From Vulcanimicrobiota bacterium (lineage in GTDB: Bacteria; Vulcanimicrobiota; Xenobia; Xenobiales; JADMJV01): a stretch of 64,000 nucleotides of DNA. A program made the translations under genes and the position numbers. Shown here one piece after another: positions 28,957 to 38,746 of the stretch. The notes below the pieces were generated by a model. That model was not told the origin of the DNA, did no database searches, and saw nothing but the letters and a program-made list of their open reading frames with translations. The stretch covers positions 1,224,008 through 1,288,007 of the forward strand of contig JBFWNU010000001.1 of NCBI GenBank assembly GCA_050250895.1, given 5' to 3'. Each line of letters starts with the position of its first letter. Position 1 is the stretch's first letter.

Positions 28957-29592
28957 CTAGAGGAGCTTGGCCACCATGATGGCCAGAGCCACCAGGCCGA
29001 TGGAGAAACCGGTGCTCACCACCAGGACCCCGCCCAGTAGGACGCCGGCCAGCACCATGGGGCTCTGGCGCTCGATCCAGGCCGTCTCGCAGACGCGGCC
29101 TGGAGGCTCGGCCTCGATGGTATCGAGCAGGTCGGCCATGCGTTCCATGGCCTGGCGCACATCCTCGATGGGAACGCCCGTCGGCGGGAGCATTCGGGTG
29201 ACGGTCAGGTGCTCGGGCCAGAGTCTGACCCCCCCGGTCGGCAGGGGCTGGTCAGCCAGGAGTCTCTCGGCCCAATCAGGCTCGGCCGCCCACGCCTCGA
29301 TGCCTTCGGGAGCCTTGCATGGACGGGTTCCGAACCAGCGATTGGTTTTGGCCAACCAGGCCTGAAACTTGCCGCCCCGGGGGGCCAGCACCAACCGCGA
29401 TTTGACCGGGGTGTCCATGATGATCTCTAGCTTGAGCCCCACCACGCTGCGGTTTCGCACTTCGCCGCCGCTGGTGCGAGTGCGAGCCGAGCAGTGGATG
29501 CGAGTGAACCGGCCGCGATAGTCACCCTCATAGTTGAGTCCGGCCAATCCCTGGCGGGGCTCCAGGCCTATTTCGTCGAGGGCATGCTTCAT
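28957..29592 (-). CDS. hypothetical protein with a C-terminal TM anchor
   Basis: Coupled to the upstream gene (4 bp overlap); hydrophobic C-terminus. Confidence 0.6.
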   Translation of the reverse strand: MKHALDEIGLEPRQGLAGLNYEGDYRGRFTRIHCSARTRTSGGEVRNRSVVGLKLEIIMDTPVKSRLVLAPRGGKFQAWLAKTNRWFGTRPCKAPEGIEAWAAEPDWAERLLADQPLPTGGVRLWPEHLTVTRMLPPTGVPIEDVRQAMERMADLLDTIEAEPPGRVCETAWIERQSPMVLAGVLLGGVLVVSTGFSIGLVALAIMVAKLL

Positions 29593-29978
29593 TCGGGAGT
29601 GGGAAAATCGCTGGGCTTGAGAGCCAGAAATCCGTCCTGGTTGAGTTGGGGGAAGCCGGCTTCGGCTCCTGCCTCGGTGTAATCTCCGGCCGCCTTGAGC
29701 AGAAATCCGTCCTCGGTCTTGGAGTAGCCGAAGTCCTGGCCCGACGGGTCTTTGGGCAATTCCTCGAGGTAGGTCTTTTCACTGTTGGGCTTTTTTTCCA
29801 GCAGTTTGGCCAGGTTGTCGGGATAGCCCGAGTGGTCGACCGAGTACAGCTCGAGAGCGTTGAAGACGGCCTTCATTCGGTCCTGGCAGGTCTTGAGTTC
29901 GGTGGCGCCCATTTTCGGCTTGGAGCCGCAGCCGGTGAAGACCAGGGCAAGCCCTAGCATAAGGAGCAGTTTTCGCAT
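29589..29978 (-). CDS. lipoprotein with a GspG/pilin-like C-terminal motif
   Basis: Lipobox FTGC; ALELYSVDHSGYP..L..L, YLEELPKDP. Confidence 0.7.
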   Translation of the reverse strand: MRKLLLMLGLALVFTGCGSKPKMGATELKTCQDRMKAVFNALELYSVDHSGYPDNLAKLLEKKPNSEKTYLEELPKDPSGQDFGYSKTEDGFLLKAAGDYTEAGAEAGFPQLNQDGFLALKPSDFPTPE

Positions 29979-30227
29979 TACTGCCCATTTAGCCAACGCT
30001 TGGCGCGGCCCTGCGAGGGAGCGCAATTGGTCGGCACAATTATTGTGTTAGACAGTCTTCGTGCTGACTTTTAGCATGGTGGATATGCAGAGAAATATCA
30101 CTTTGAGGAGGCCCGAGCGGGGGCTCTCAGGGCCCTGGAGGACGGGCTACACCTGGGTGGTAAGCCTCTCACTCGCGAGCCCTGGACCTGATGGCCTGGC
30201 CTGACCGGGAGTTCACATTCTGTTCTC

Positions 30228-30608
30228 TTGCCGGTAACAGCCGGACGGCAACATGGTGGCGTTGTGAACACCATCGGTTGTGCTCAGACCAGCCGCACCT
30301 ATGCGGACCTGGATCGGGCTCTGCAGACTTACTACACCGTGCGCGGGGTCGACTATCCCATCGGCCTCGATGACCGCTTCCGCCATGCTAGCAGCGCCGA
30401 CCTTTTGAGCGACCCGCTCAGGGCCTGCGACAACCTCAAGCAGATCGCCAAGAACGTGGCCGTTTACGAGATGTTCAGCAGTGGCGACACAGTGGTCGAG
30501 AAGGCCACTTCGGTGGGCATGCCGGTGGACGTCTTCGAATCGGTGATGAACTTGCAAAAGAGCACCCTGGCGGTCGGCGACCTCAACGGTTGGAACCTGC
30601 TGGCTTGA
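30228..30608 (+). CDS. hypothetical protein or gene remnant
   Basis: Coding-like codon usage, but no clear RBS or start, and an in-frame stop at 30189. Confidence 0.4.
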   Translation: MPVTAGRQHGGVVNTIGCAQTSRTYADLDRALQTYYTVRGVDYPIGLDDRFRHASSADLLSDPLRACDNLKQIAKNVAVYEMFSSGDTVVEKATSVGMPVDVFESVMNLQKSTLAVGDLNGWNLLA

Positions 30609-30615
30609 GGACGGG

Positions 30616-31005
30616 CTACCAATACACCCGCAAAGACTTGAAATGCCGGAAGGCAGCGTCACAACTGACCAGATAGTGGTTCCCATTGATCGCCTGGGCG
30701 GCTAATATGCGGTCGAAAGGGTCTGGGTGCTGACAGTCCCAGAGCCCGGCCAGCGCCGCGTCGTCTCCTCCGACCGTTAGTAACTTGGCGTTAAGTTTAG
30801 CCAGGGTCAGTTGCCAACTGTTCACCAGGGTGTCCGGCACGTTCAGTTTGCCGATTCGGATCTTGGTGGCGATTTCGAAAATCGAAATGCTCGACACAAG
30901 TAGCTCATTCTTGGGTTCGCTCAGTGTGATTCGAGCTGGCTCAGATAGTTTGAGAGGCTCAGCCACGGCCCAGAGTAGCGCGTGGGTATCGAGGAGGTAG
31001 CTCAT
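30616..31005 (-). CDS. VapC/PIN-domain toxin
   Basis: YLLDTHALLW, SSISIFEI..K, HPDPFDRILAAQA, LVSCD. Confidence 0.93.
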   Translation of the reverse strand: MSYLLDTHALLWAVAEPLKLSEPARITLSEPKNELLVSSISIFEIATKIRIGKLNVPDTLVNSWQLTLAKLNAKLLTVGGDDAALAGLWDCQHPDPFDRILAAQAINGNHYLVSCDAAFRHFKSLRVYW

Positions 31006-31232
31006 TCTCCTTCCCAAGCCCGCAACTCGTCCTCAGGCAGAGGGTCGAAGATTTCTTCTCCCACCGAGAACTGCCCGCTCATCCAACCGAGTTCTCGCTT
31101 AGGCTCAGGCTGAACAGGAACCAACCGAACGTAGGGTTTACCGGCCTTGGCTATAATGATCTCCTCGCCCTGGTGGGCGCGTTCCAGGAGGCGTGAAAGG
31201 TGGGTTTTCGCTTCGTGCACGTTGTACTGCAT
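31002..31232 (-). CDS. Phd/YefM antitoxin
   Basis: NVHEAKTHLSRLL, GEEIIIAKAGKP, FDPLPEDEL. Confidence 0.93.
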   Translation of the reverse strand: MQYNVHEAKTHLSRLLERAHQGEEIIIAKAGKPYVRLVPVQPEPKRELGWMSGQFSVGEEIFDPLPEDELRAWEGE

Positions 31233-31236
31233 GGGG

Positions 31237-31267
31237 TTAGTCTAGGCTTGCGGACTAAGGTTGTCAA
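31237..31267 (-). promoter_or_regulatory. TA promoter with overlapping operator palindrome
   Basis: TTGACA-17-TAGACT, 6 nt before the ATG; TTAGTC-N10-GACTAA inverted repeat at 31237-31258. Confidence 0.8.
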
Positions 31268-31316
31268 CCGGAGGGGTAATGTCCGGGCCACGCCTTGGTC
31301 TGAATCGCCCACCGCA

Positions 31317-32639
31317 TCACAGCACCAGCGAGGCGGCCCAGGCCGACAAGAGGCCCACCACGCCCAGAATAGTGGTCAGGGTGGTCCAACTCTGCAAGGT
31401 CTCGGTTTCGGAAAGGCCCAGGTATTCTTTGACCAGCCAGAAGCCGGAGTCGTTGAAGTGCGAGCAGGCAGTGGCGCCAGCTGCGATGGCGATGGTGAGA
31501 AGGGCCGGGTCGGCGTCGGGGATGGAGGGCAGGAGGGGGGCCACGAAACCGGCCGCGGTCAGCATGCTGACGGTGGCCGAGCCTTGCGACACGCGCACCA
31601 GCAAGGCCACCAGAAAGGCGAACAGCACGGGGGACAAGCCCAGGCCCATCACCGCCTGGGCCAACTCTTTGCCGATGCCCGTCTCACCCAGAATCTGTTT
31701 GAAGACCCCGCCAGCCCCGGTCACCAGGATGATCATGCCCACCGGTTCGAGACCGCGGGTAGCCGCCTCGCGCACCTGATCGAGGGTCTTGCCGCGTCCA
31801 ACTCCGAGGGTGAGAAAGGCAGCCAGGGTGGCCAGAATCAGGGCCGTGAAGGGGTGACCCAAGAACGAGAAGACGGTGGCCACGGTCGTGTCCGGCAGCA
31901 GGGCGGCCGAGGCGGTGTTGGCCACGATGAGCACCAGGGGAATGGCCACCAGGCCGAAGACCAGAGCGAACGACGGTAGCTCGGCGGGTTCTTCCTCGGG
32001 CGGTTTGTCGTGCTCGGGAGCGCCTTTGGTGATGCGCTTTTCCAGCCAGCTCGACCAGAGGGGGCCGGCGATGACGGCGGCCGGCAGACCGGCCGCGATG
32101 CCGTAGAGGATGACCCGGCCGAGATCCGCCTGCAACACCTGAGCCACGGCTACCGGTCCCGGGGTGGGCGGCACAAAGGCGTGAGCCACGGCCAGACCGG
32201 CCAACAGCGGCATGCCGAAGGCCACCACCGGCCGGCCGCTCTGGCGCGAGAGGCCATAAACCAGGGGGGCCAGGATGATGAAGCCCACGTCGAAGAAGAC
32301 GGGGATAGCCACCATGAAGCCGGTCAGCATCAGGGCCCAGGGGGCCCGCTGGGGGCCAAAGCGCTCGACCAGGGTGGTGGCCAGGCGCTGGGCTCCCCCG
32401 CTCTCTTCGAGCAGTTGGCCGAACATCGCTCCCAGCCCCACCACCACAGCGATAAAGCCGAGAGTCGAGCCCATGCCGGTCTCTACCGCTTTGAGCACGG
32501 CCGAGGGCTCGAGGCCAGCTCCCAAACCTACCGCCATGCTGACGATCAGCAGGGCCACGAAGGCGTGCAGGCGCAGGGCCACCACCAGCACAATCAGGCC
32601 GGCCAGACCCAGGGCGGCGATGACTAGCAGGCTACCCAT
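31317..32639 (-). CDS. GntP family gluconate:H+ symporter
   Basis: LHAFVALL, IPVFFDVGF, VPPTPGP, RVSQGSATV, SHFNDSGFWL. Confidence 0.95.
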   Translation of the reverse strand: MGSLLVIAALGLAGLIVLVVALRLHAFVALLIVSMAVGLGAGLEPSAVLKAVETGMGSTLGFIAVVVGLGAMFGQLLEESGGAQRLATTLVERFGPQRAPWALMLTGFMVAIPVFFDVGFIILAPLVYGLSRQSGRPVVAFGMPLLAGLAVAHAFVPPTPGPVAVAQVLQADLGRVILYGIAAGLPAAVIAGPLWSSWLEKRITKGAPEHDKPPEEEPAELPSFALVFGLVAIPLVLIVANTASAALLPDTTVATVFSFLGHPFTALILATLAAFLTLGVGRGKTLDQVREAATRGLEPVGMIILVTGAGGVFKQILGETGIGKELAQAVMGLGLSPVLFAFLVALLVRVSQGSATVSMLTAAGFVAPLLPSIPDADPALLTIAIAAGATACSHFNDSGFWLVKEYLGLSETETLQSWTTLTTILGVVGLLSAWAASLVL

Positions 32640-33949
32640 TGGGCGTAGAGCTCCTCGTAGAGGTTGGTCTGGGGCTCCACCAGGTCACCAGCGGGCAAGG
32701 CCGCGGCCCGTTGCCAGCGATCAGGCAGGATCAATAGGGCCGCCCCCAGGGCGGTAGCTTCAGGATAGGGAGCCACCGCCACCGGGCAGCCGCAGACGTC
32801 GGCCAGCAACTGGGTGAAGAAGGCGTCGGCAAAAAGGCCGCCGGTACAGCGCAAGGTGGCAGGGGGCCACAGGTGCACCAACCGGCGCAAGCAAAAGGCG
32901 ACCCCTTCGAGGCAGGCGCGGGTGAGTTCGGCGAAGCCATGTTGATAAGACCAGCCCACGATTCGCGACTCGACGGCGGGATCCCAATAGGGCGCGCGCT
33001 CGCCCGAAAAATAGGGGTGGACTTTCAGACCCCTGGCCCCGGCAGGCACGGGGGCGGCCAGCTTCACCAACTCTTCGGCCGAGAGCGGCTCCGGGCGGAG
33101 CCGGTTTAGCCAGTCGAACACGGAGGTGCCGTTGGAAATCGCTCCCCCCTGGACCCAGCCTTGAGCGTCCAGGGCATAGACGAACAGCTCTGGCTTGTGG
33201 GAAGGGTGGCGCGTCACCCCGCGCACCGCCCCGGAGGTGCCCAAAGAGACGGCCAGACGCCCTTCACTGACGGCCCCCACACCCAGGTTGGCCAGGGGGC
33301 CGTCCCCTCCCCCCAGCACAGCAGGATGACCCAGGCATTCAAAGCCGTAGTCGGGCTCGGCCACTTCGGGCAGGCGGTCTTGCAGCCCGAGCCGGGCCAC
33401 CAGCTGATGGTCCCAGCCGTGACGATCGTAGAGGCCGGTGGCGGAAGCGTTGGACCGGTCCATCGGCAGACGATGACCGGTGAGTCTTTCCAGGACGTAG
33501 GTCTTGTGGTCTAGTAGGCGATGGCATCGTTCCCATAGCTTGGGTTCGTTTTCTTGTAACCAGAGAATCTTGGCCGGCCAGGCCATAGGATGGACGGGCG
33601 TGCCGGTGCGTTGGTGGGCTTCGGGGTCGACAGCCTGCAGCTGGCGGGCCTGCTCGGCGGCTCGGGTGTCGGCCCAGGCGATGGCCCGGGTGAGCGGACG
33701 GCCGGCCTCGTCGAGCGCGACCAAACTGTGCATGGCCGAGGCGAATCCCAGCGGAGTTCCGGCGGGCATCTGGGCCAGACACTCGCGGACGGCTTGCTCG
33801 GTGGCCTCGAGGTCGTGCTCGGCCCGGTCGGGGCCACGCTCCAGCGGACAGTCGAGACCGTGGGTTTTCTCCAGCACGGGTTGGTCATCAAGACGAAAGA
33901 GACAGGCCTTGATGCGACTCGAGCCCATATCGATTCCGACCACTCGCAC
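32624..33949 (-). CDS. FGGY-family gluconokinase
   Basis: GIDMGSS, AMHSL, WADTRA, RTGTPVHPM, GTSGAVR, GERAPYW; upstream of gntP. Confidence 0.9.
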   Translation of the reverse strand: MRVVGIDMGSSRIKACLFRLDDQPVLEKTHGLDCPLERGPDRAEHDLEATEQAVRECLAQMPAGTPLGFASAMHSLVALDEAGRPLTRAIAWADTRAAEQARQLQAVDPEAHQRTGTPVHPMAWPAKILWLQENEPKLWERCHRLLDHKTYVLERLTGHRLPMDRSNASATGLYDRHGWDHQLVARLGLQDRLPEVAEPDYGFECLGHPAVLGGGDGPLANLGVGAVSEGRLAVSLGTSGAVRGVTRHPSHKPELFVYALDAQGWVQGGAISNGTSVFDWLNRLRPEPLSAEELVKLAAPVPAGARGLKVHPYFSGERAPYWDPAVESRIVGWSYQHGFAELTRACLEGVAFCLRRLVHLWPPATLRCTGGLFADAFFTQLLADVCGCPVAVAPYPEATALGAALLILPDRWQRAAALPAGDLVEPQTNLYEELYAQWVAC

Positions 33950-33986
33950 CGAGCCTGCTTCGAGCCCTCCCCTGTGGGACCTGTAT

Positions 33987-35948
33987 TCAGTCTTGAATGG
34001 CGATCTGCTGGCCGTCGAGAAAGTCGATGGTATCTGCTCCCACCTCGATTTGGGTAGTGGGGCCGGAAAGAGTAGCGGCGAAGCTCGAGGCGCCGCTCAA
34101 GAGCGGCAGCACCGACTGACCCAGGCCTTCGGTCATGGTCTGCGACCAGTTGACGAACTCGAGGGGGTTGCGCGGCACCGGTTGGTCAGCCAGCAGAGCG
34201 AGAAAGTGCAGACGCTGCCTGGGATTTGGCAGGCCCTCGAGAATGCTCCGGGTGAGGGCGATGAATTCGGGGTGGTCCTGGGGCGCCATCTGCTCGAATC
34301 GCTGGCTGGTCAGCCAGAGCGCCTCGGGCTGGGCGGCCGCCACGGCCCGTTGGGTCAGGCCTTCAAGGGCCAAGGGTCCCACGTTCAAAAGCGTGTGCAC
34401 GGTCTGAAAAACCCGGGGCTCTGGTCCGATGTGGTGGGCCAGTTCGAGGGCAAGCTTGGCCTGAGGCTCGCGCTCGAGCAAGGCGGTGAGGACGGCGTGG
34501 CCCTGATGGGTCAGGCGGTTCTGCTCCCATTGCGAGCCATCCCGGGCAGGCAGTCTGGAGGTCAGTTCGAGGGCCGTGGCTTTGGGATCGGGGGTGGTAT
34601 CGAGCAGCTTGGCCACGGCCACCAGGCCGGCCGGAGCGCGCAAGAATTCTTCCACCAGCCCGCCGGCTGGCTGCTCTGGCTCGAATTGGTGGGCACGCTC
34701 GAGAGCCTGGGGGCCAGGCATGCCAGCCAGTTCGGCGAGGTCGGCCGCTCGCGGGTCCACGGCGCGCAGGGCGCTCAAGAGGAAGGCGTCGGCGGCGTGG
34801 AAGGGGCCCACATCGGGGGTGGTCGACGTTTGGGCCGCTCGCACGGCGTCGAGGGCCCTGGTAAGTCGCTCAGGGGTCACCGGCTCCTGGGCCAGGGCCG
34901 CCCCCAGGGGGAGGGCTTCTGGCTCGCCAGCCAGACGGTCGATGATGCCCAGGGCCAGGCTGGGGGGAGGGTCCAGCCGGGTTAGCAGCTCTCGGCACAC
35001 CGCTGTGGCCTCTCGGGCCATTCTTAACAGAACGCCGCTATTGTTGTGGGTTTCGGCGGTCTTGACGACGCTGGCAGCCAGGCCATTGACCAGCGTCAGG
35101 GTCTCGTCTCGCGACATCTTGGGGCAGGCCTCGAGCAATCCGGCCAGGCGCAGTAGGCTGGCCGGGCGGTGGTCGACGATGGCCTCGAGAAGCTCCTTTT
35201 CTGGGTCGAGGGGGGTTTGGGTGGTGGGGTTGTCGAGATATGCGTTGAGGTGGTGGGCCACCCGCAGGGCCGAAATGCCGTCGGCTCCACCCAGGCCGGC
35301 GGCGCTGTCTTGTAGCGAGCCGACGGCGCTCAGCAGCTTGTCGGTGGCTTGACCGTCGAGTTGGTCGTTGGGAAGACGCATCAGGCTCTGCACCAGTTGG
35401 CGACGCTCGAAGGCGGCCAGGTCGAGTCCGAGCAGCTCGACGGCCAGGTGGGCCCGATGATGGTAGCCACTGCCGTCGAGAAGGCGCAAAACGGCTTCAG
35501 GAGTGCTGGTGAGACAGGCCAGCCGGGCCAGGCCCTGCTCGCGGCTGGGAGCTTCAGTCAAAGCTGCCAGGCTGGACCGCGAAGCCCAGGCCAACTGGTC
35601 AGGGCGGTCACCCGCGGCGGCCCGGACGACTGCTTCGAAGTCTTGTAAACGGGGGTCCTCCGGGGCCAGTTCGGCCACGGCTGCCCGCGTGAACTCGAAG
35701 ACTGCTTCCGGGTGGCCCAGGCTCTGAGCCACCACGCCGGCCAGCCCCGGGGTCATCACCGGAGTAGGATGAGCTACCAGATAGGCCAGAAAGGTCTGGC
35801 GAGCGGCTGATGAGGGAAGGCGAGGCAGCCAATGGCTGGCCAGCTCGGGACCGGTCCCAAGCTGAACTTGATCGAGAACCGTCTGCCTGTCGGCCCGCTG
35901 CGGAGGGCTTAAAACGCGACGGCCAGGGTTGACCATCCCGACCTTCAT
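33987..35948 (-). CDS. hypothetical alpha-helical protein
   Basis: 653 aa Leu/Ala-rich ORF; -10-like TAGTCT 6 nt upstream. Confidence 0.7.
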   Translation of the reverse strand: MKVGMVNPGRRVLSPPQRADRQTVLDQVQLGTGPELASHWLPRLPSSAARQTFLAYLVAHPTPVMTPGLAGVVAQSLGHPEAVFEFTRAAVAELAPEDPRLQDFEAVVRAAAGDRPDQLAWASRSSLAALTEAPSREQGLARLACLTSTPEAVLRLLDGSGYHHRAHLAVELLGLDLAAFERRQLVQSLMRLPNDQLDGQATDKLLSAVGSLQDSAAGLGGADGISALRVAHHLNAYLDNPTTQTPLDPEKELLEAIVDHRPASLLRLAGLLEACPKMSRDETLTLVNGLAASVVKTAETHNNSGVLLRMAREATAVCRELLTRLDPPPSLALGIIDRLAGEPEALPLGAALAQEPVTPERLTRALDAVRAAQTSTTPDVGPFHAADAFLLSALRAVDPRAADLAELAGMPGPQALERAHQFEPEQPAGGLVEEFLRAPAGLVAVAKLLDTTPDPKATALELTSRLPARDGSQWEQNRLTHQGHAVLTALLEREPQAKLALELAHHIGPEPRVFQTVHTLLNVGPLALEGLTQRAVAAAQPEALWLTSQRFEQMAPQDHPEFIALTRSILEGLPNPRQRLHFLALLADQPVPRNPLEFVNWSQTMTEGLGQSVLPLLSGASSFAATLSGPTTQIEVGADTIDFLDGQQIAIQD

Positions 35949-36021
35949 TCCACCAGACTAGCCGTCGAGCGTTAAGGGGCGGTCAAGAGGAGCGGGCCTT
36001 GAACCGTGCGAAGGCGGCCGC

Positions 36022-36414
36022 GTGAATAAGATTCGAAAGCTTCTCTTCTTGGATTTCGTGATGGGCTTCTCTACCGCCGTGCTGGGTTTTCCCTTCGTCA
36101 ACCCCCTGGCTCAATTGTTGGGGCTTCCCCTCAACCTGTTGAGCGTCGTGTTGGTGGCCAATCTGGTCTATTCGCTGACGGCGCTTTCCATTTATCGAAA
36201 ACAGCCGACTTCGCTCGAACTCTTCCGACGTCTGGTCCAGGCCAATTGGCTTTGGACCATCGTGAGCATCGCCATGCTCGGCCTCTATGCTACCACAGCC
36301 AAGCCGTTGGGCCTGGTGTTTCTGGTGCTTCAGGTGGTGATCGTCGGGGGACTCTCCTATGTCGAAGGTCGGGCCCTGGAAGAGGCTGGTCAGGGCAGGG
36401 TGAAGCGTACCTGA
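36022..36414 (+). CDS. hypothetical membrane protein (about 4 TM)
   Basis: Hydrophobic segments, ANLVYS/ANW motifs. Confidence 0.7.
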   Translation: MNKIRKLLFLDFVMGFSTAVLGFPFVNPLAQLLGLPLNLLSVVLVANLVYSLTALSIYRKQPTSLELFRRLVQANWLWTIVSIAMLGLYATTAKPLGLVFLVLQVVIVGGLSYVEGRALEEAGQGRVKRT

Positions 36415-36947
36415 TAGCCGATGACCTTGACCGAGATGGGCAGGGCTGCGTTGGCCACCTTGAACTTGGCCAGCAGGTGGGCTTTGTGGTCGGCCGAGGC
36501 GCGGTGGTAAAGGTATAACAAGCCTTTACTTCGCCTGGCCTGGAGCAGAAAAGGCCGGCCGTCTTCCAGCGAGATTCCGGCCGAGCCGAGAGCCACGATG
36601 CGGGGGTCTTCGACCGAGGTGGCTCCCTGGCCGGTCAACCGGCGCGTTTCCCAGATGGGCGGCAATTTGTCGGGGTCGTCGATTTCTTTGTTGATGATGC
36701 GCGGATCCAGGCGCGAAAAGGCCACACCTACCGGTCCGAAGTGAACCTGGATCTCGGTGGAATACAGCGAGTCGCCCAGGTGTTGGTCCAAGGGCGTGAT
36801 ATAAAGGCTGAAGACCTGTCCATCGGACAGCCGGGCGAGTTCGGTGGACGATTGGACCGACCCGTTGGGGGCGTCAAGCTCGAAGGCGGTCTGCCGGGCC
36901 AGGGCGGGGGTTGCCACTAGAAAGAGCAACACCAGCCAGCTTCTCAC
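36390..36947 (-). CDS. hypothetical secreted protein
   Basis: Signal peptide ending ALA; coupled to the upstream gene. Confidence 0.65.
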   Translation of the reverse strand: MRSWLVLLFLVATPALARQTAFELDAPNGSVQSSTELARLSDGQVFSLYITPLDQHLGDSLYSTEIQVHFGPVGVAFSRLDPRIINKEIDDPDKLPPIWETRRLTGQGATSVEDPRIVALGSAGISLEDGRPFLLQARRSKGLLYLYHRASADHKAHLLAKFKVANAALPISVKVIGYQVRFTLP

Positions 36948-37534
36948 GAGTTGACCAGCCTACCCAGCATGGGAAACAGATGGCGATAGAGGTCGTGTTG
37001 GGGGGAATGCCCAGTGCTATCAGAGACCAGCGTGAAGTTGCGATCGATGAGCTGGAAGCCAGGCACCAACTCGTAGACTTGATGCTGTTTCTTGCCCACC
37101 AGCACATACTCGTTGTTGCTGGTGCGCAGATTGAAGTGGGCTGCCCAGGCTTTGGCGTCTTTGAGGCTGGGAGGTTTCATGGCGCGGTCATAGAGCAGTA
37201 GTTGGACCAGCACCACCTGTTGGCTGGGCAGACGGACCCGGCCGTAGTCCTGGGCGGCCTGGCGAAAAGAGGGCAGGTCTTTCTGTTGAGCCTGGCCCGC
37301 GAAGCCACCGACCTGGTCGCAGTCGCTGAAGGCGTTACAGGCCGGACAGGTCATTCCGATGGGCTCGACCACGATGAGCTTGCCGCGGAAGCTCGATAGT
37401 TGCGTCTGTTTACCATCTTGATTGACCAGCTTCAGATCGGGATAGGGCATCCCGACCACCGGAGGCCAAGCCTCTTTCGAGCCGACCGGGCAGACCAGAC
37501 CTAGCAGTAACAGCAAAGGCAGAAGACGACGCAT
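36944..37534 (-). CDS. exported thioredoxin-like (TlpA/redoxin) protein
   Basis: Signal peptide, PDLKLVNQDGKQTQLSSFRGK, CPAC motif. Confidence 0.75.
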   Translation of the reverse strand: MRRLLPLLLLLGLVCPVGSKEAWPPVVGMPYPDLKLVNQDGKQTQLSSFRGKLIVVEPIGMTCPACNAFSDCDQVGGFAGQAQQKDLPSFRQAAQDYGRVRLPSQQVVLVQLLLYDRAMKPPSLKDAKAWAAHFNLRTSNNEYVLVGKKQHQVYELVPGFQLIDRNFTLVSDSTGHSPQHDLYRHLFPMLGRLVNS

Positions 37535-37594
37535 CGTGGTATTCTTCGAGTCCTTGCGAGAGGTCCCTTTGCGGGCGATGACCAACCACCCGCG

Positions 37595-38746
37595 ATGCAT
37601 TACCAGAACCTCGACACTCGCCTGGTCCACGCCGGCGAACCCCGCCCTCGCATCGAGGGAGCCATCAGCATGCCGATCTTTTGCTCGGCCAACTACGAAT
37701 ACGCGGGCGAGACGAGCTATCACGACCTGAAGTATATTCGTCTCAATAACACTCCCAACCATCAGGCGCTGCATCAGAAGCTGGCCGCCATCGAAGGGGG
37801 CGAGGCGGCCCTGGTCACGGCCAGTGGGATGGCCGCTATTTCCACCACTCTGATGACGGTGCTCGGTCAGGGTGATCACCTACTGGCTCAGAACTGCTTG
37901 TACGGCGGGTCCCACAGCCTGCTCTGCGAGGATCTGCCCAGCTTCGGCATCGTGACCACCATGGTCGATGCCAATCGTCGCGAGGCCTGGAAAGCTGCCC
38001 TCACCCCTGCGACCAGAGCCTTCTACGTCGAGAGTCTGACCAACCCGTTGCTGGAGGTGGCCGATCTCGAAGCGGTGGTCGCCTTTTGCCGTGAGCATGG
38101 GCTGGTGTCGATCATCGACAACACCTTCGCCTCGCCGGTCAACTTTCGGCCTCTAGAGCACGGCTTCGACCTGGTGGTGCACTCGGCTACCAAGTATCTT
38201 AACGGTCACTCCGACATCGTGGCCGGGGCAATCATCGGCAGCGCCGACTGGCTCGACAGGATCCTCCACCGCCTCAACCATCTGGGTGGCAGTCTTGACC
38301 CGCACGCTTGCTATCTCTTCCAGCGCGGGCTCAAAACCCTGGGCCTGCGGGTGCGTCGCCAGAACGACAACGCCCTGGCTCTGGCTCGGGCGCTGGCCGC
38401 GCACCACGAGGTGGCCAGGGTGAATTACGCCGGACTCGAGGGCCATCCCGACAACGAACGGGCCCGGCACCTCTTCGAGGGGTTCGGAGGCGTACTCAGC
38501 TTTGAACTGGCCGGTGACCGCGACGCGATGACCTATCTTCGGCGGCTCAAGATTCCGGTCATCGCGCCCAGCCTGGGCGGAGTCGAGACCCTGGTGACTC
38601 TGCCGGCGCGCACCTCGCACGCCGGCGTTCCCGCTGCCGAGCGCGAGCGAATGGGCATCTCGGACAGCCTCATCCGAGTGGCGATTGGCATCGAGGACGC
38701 CGATGAACTGGTGGCTGACTTCGTCAGCGCTCTGGGAGCCTCGTGA
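37595..38746 (+). CDS. PLP-dependent trans-sulfuration enzyme (methionine gamma-lyase/cystathionine lyase family)
   Basis: YGGS, ESLTNP, DNTFASP, HSATKYLNGHSD, SLGGVETL. Confidence 0.92.
   Translation: MHYQNLDTRLVHAGEPRPRIEGAISMPIFCSANYEYAGETSYHDLKYIRLNNTPNHQALHQKLAAIEGGEAALVTASGMAAISTTLMTVLGQGDHLLAQNCLYGGSHSLLCEDLPSFGIVTTMVDANRREAWKAALTPATRAFYVESLTNPLLEVADLEAVVAFCREHGLVSIIDNTFASPVNFRPLEHGFDLVVHSATKYLNGHSDIVAGAIIGSADWLDRILHRLNHLGGSLDPHACYLFQRGLKTLGLRVRRQNDNALALARALAAHHEVARVNYAGLEGHPDNERARHLFEGFGGVLSFELAGDRDAMTYLRRLKIPVIAPSLGGVETLVTLPARTSHAGVPAAERERMGISDSLIRVAIGIEDADELVADFVSALGAS

Noticed and set aside
30138-30619. 13 bp direct repeat GAGGACGGGCTAC (30138-30150 and 30607-30619) as a target-site duplication
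   Set aside because: A match of this length is plausible by chance in a 64 kb GC-rich window, and no mobile gene is present
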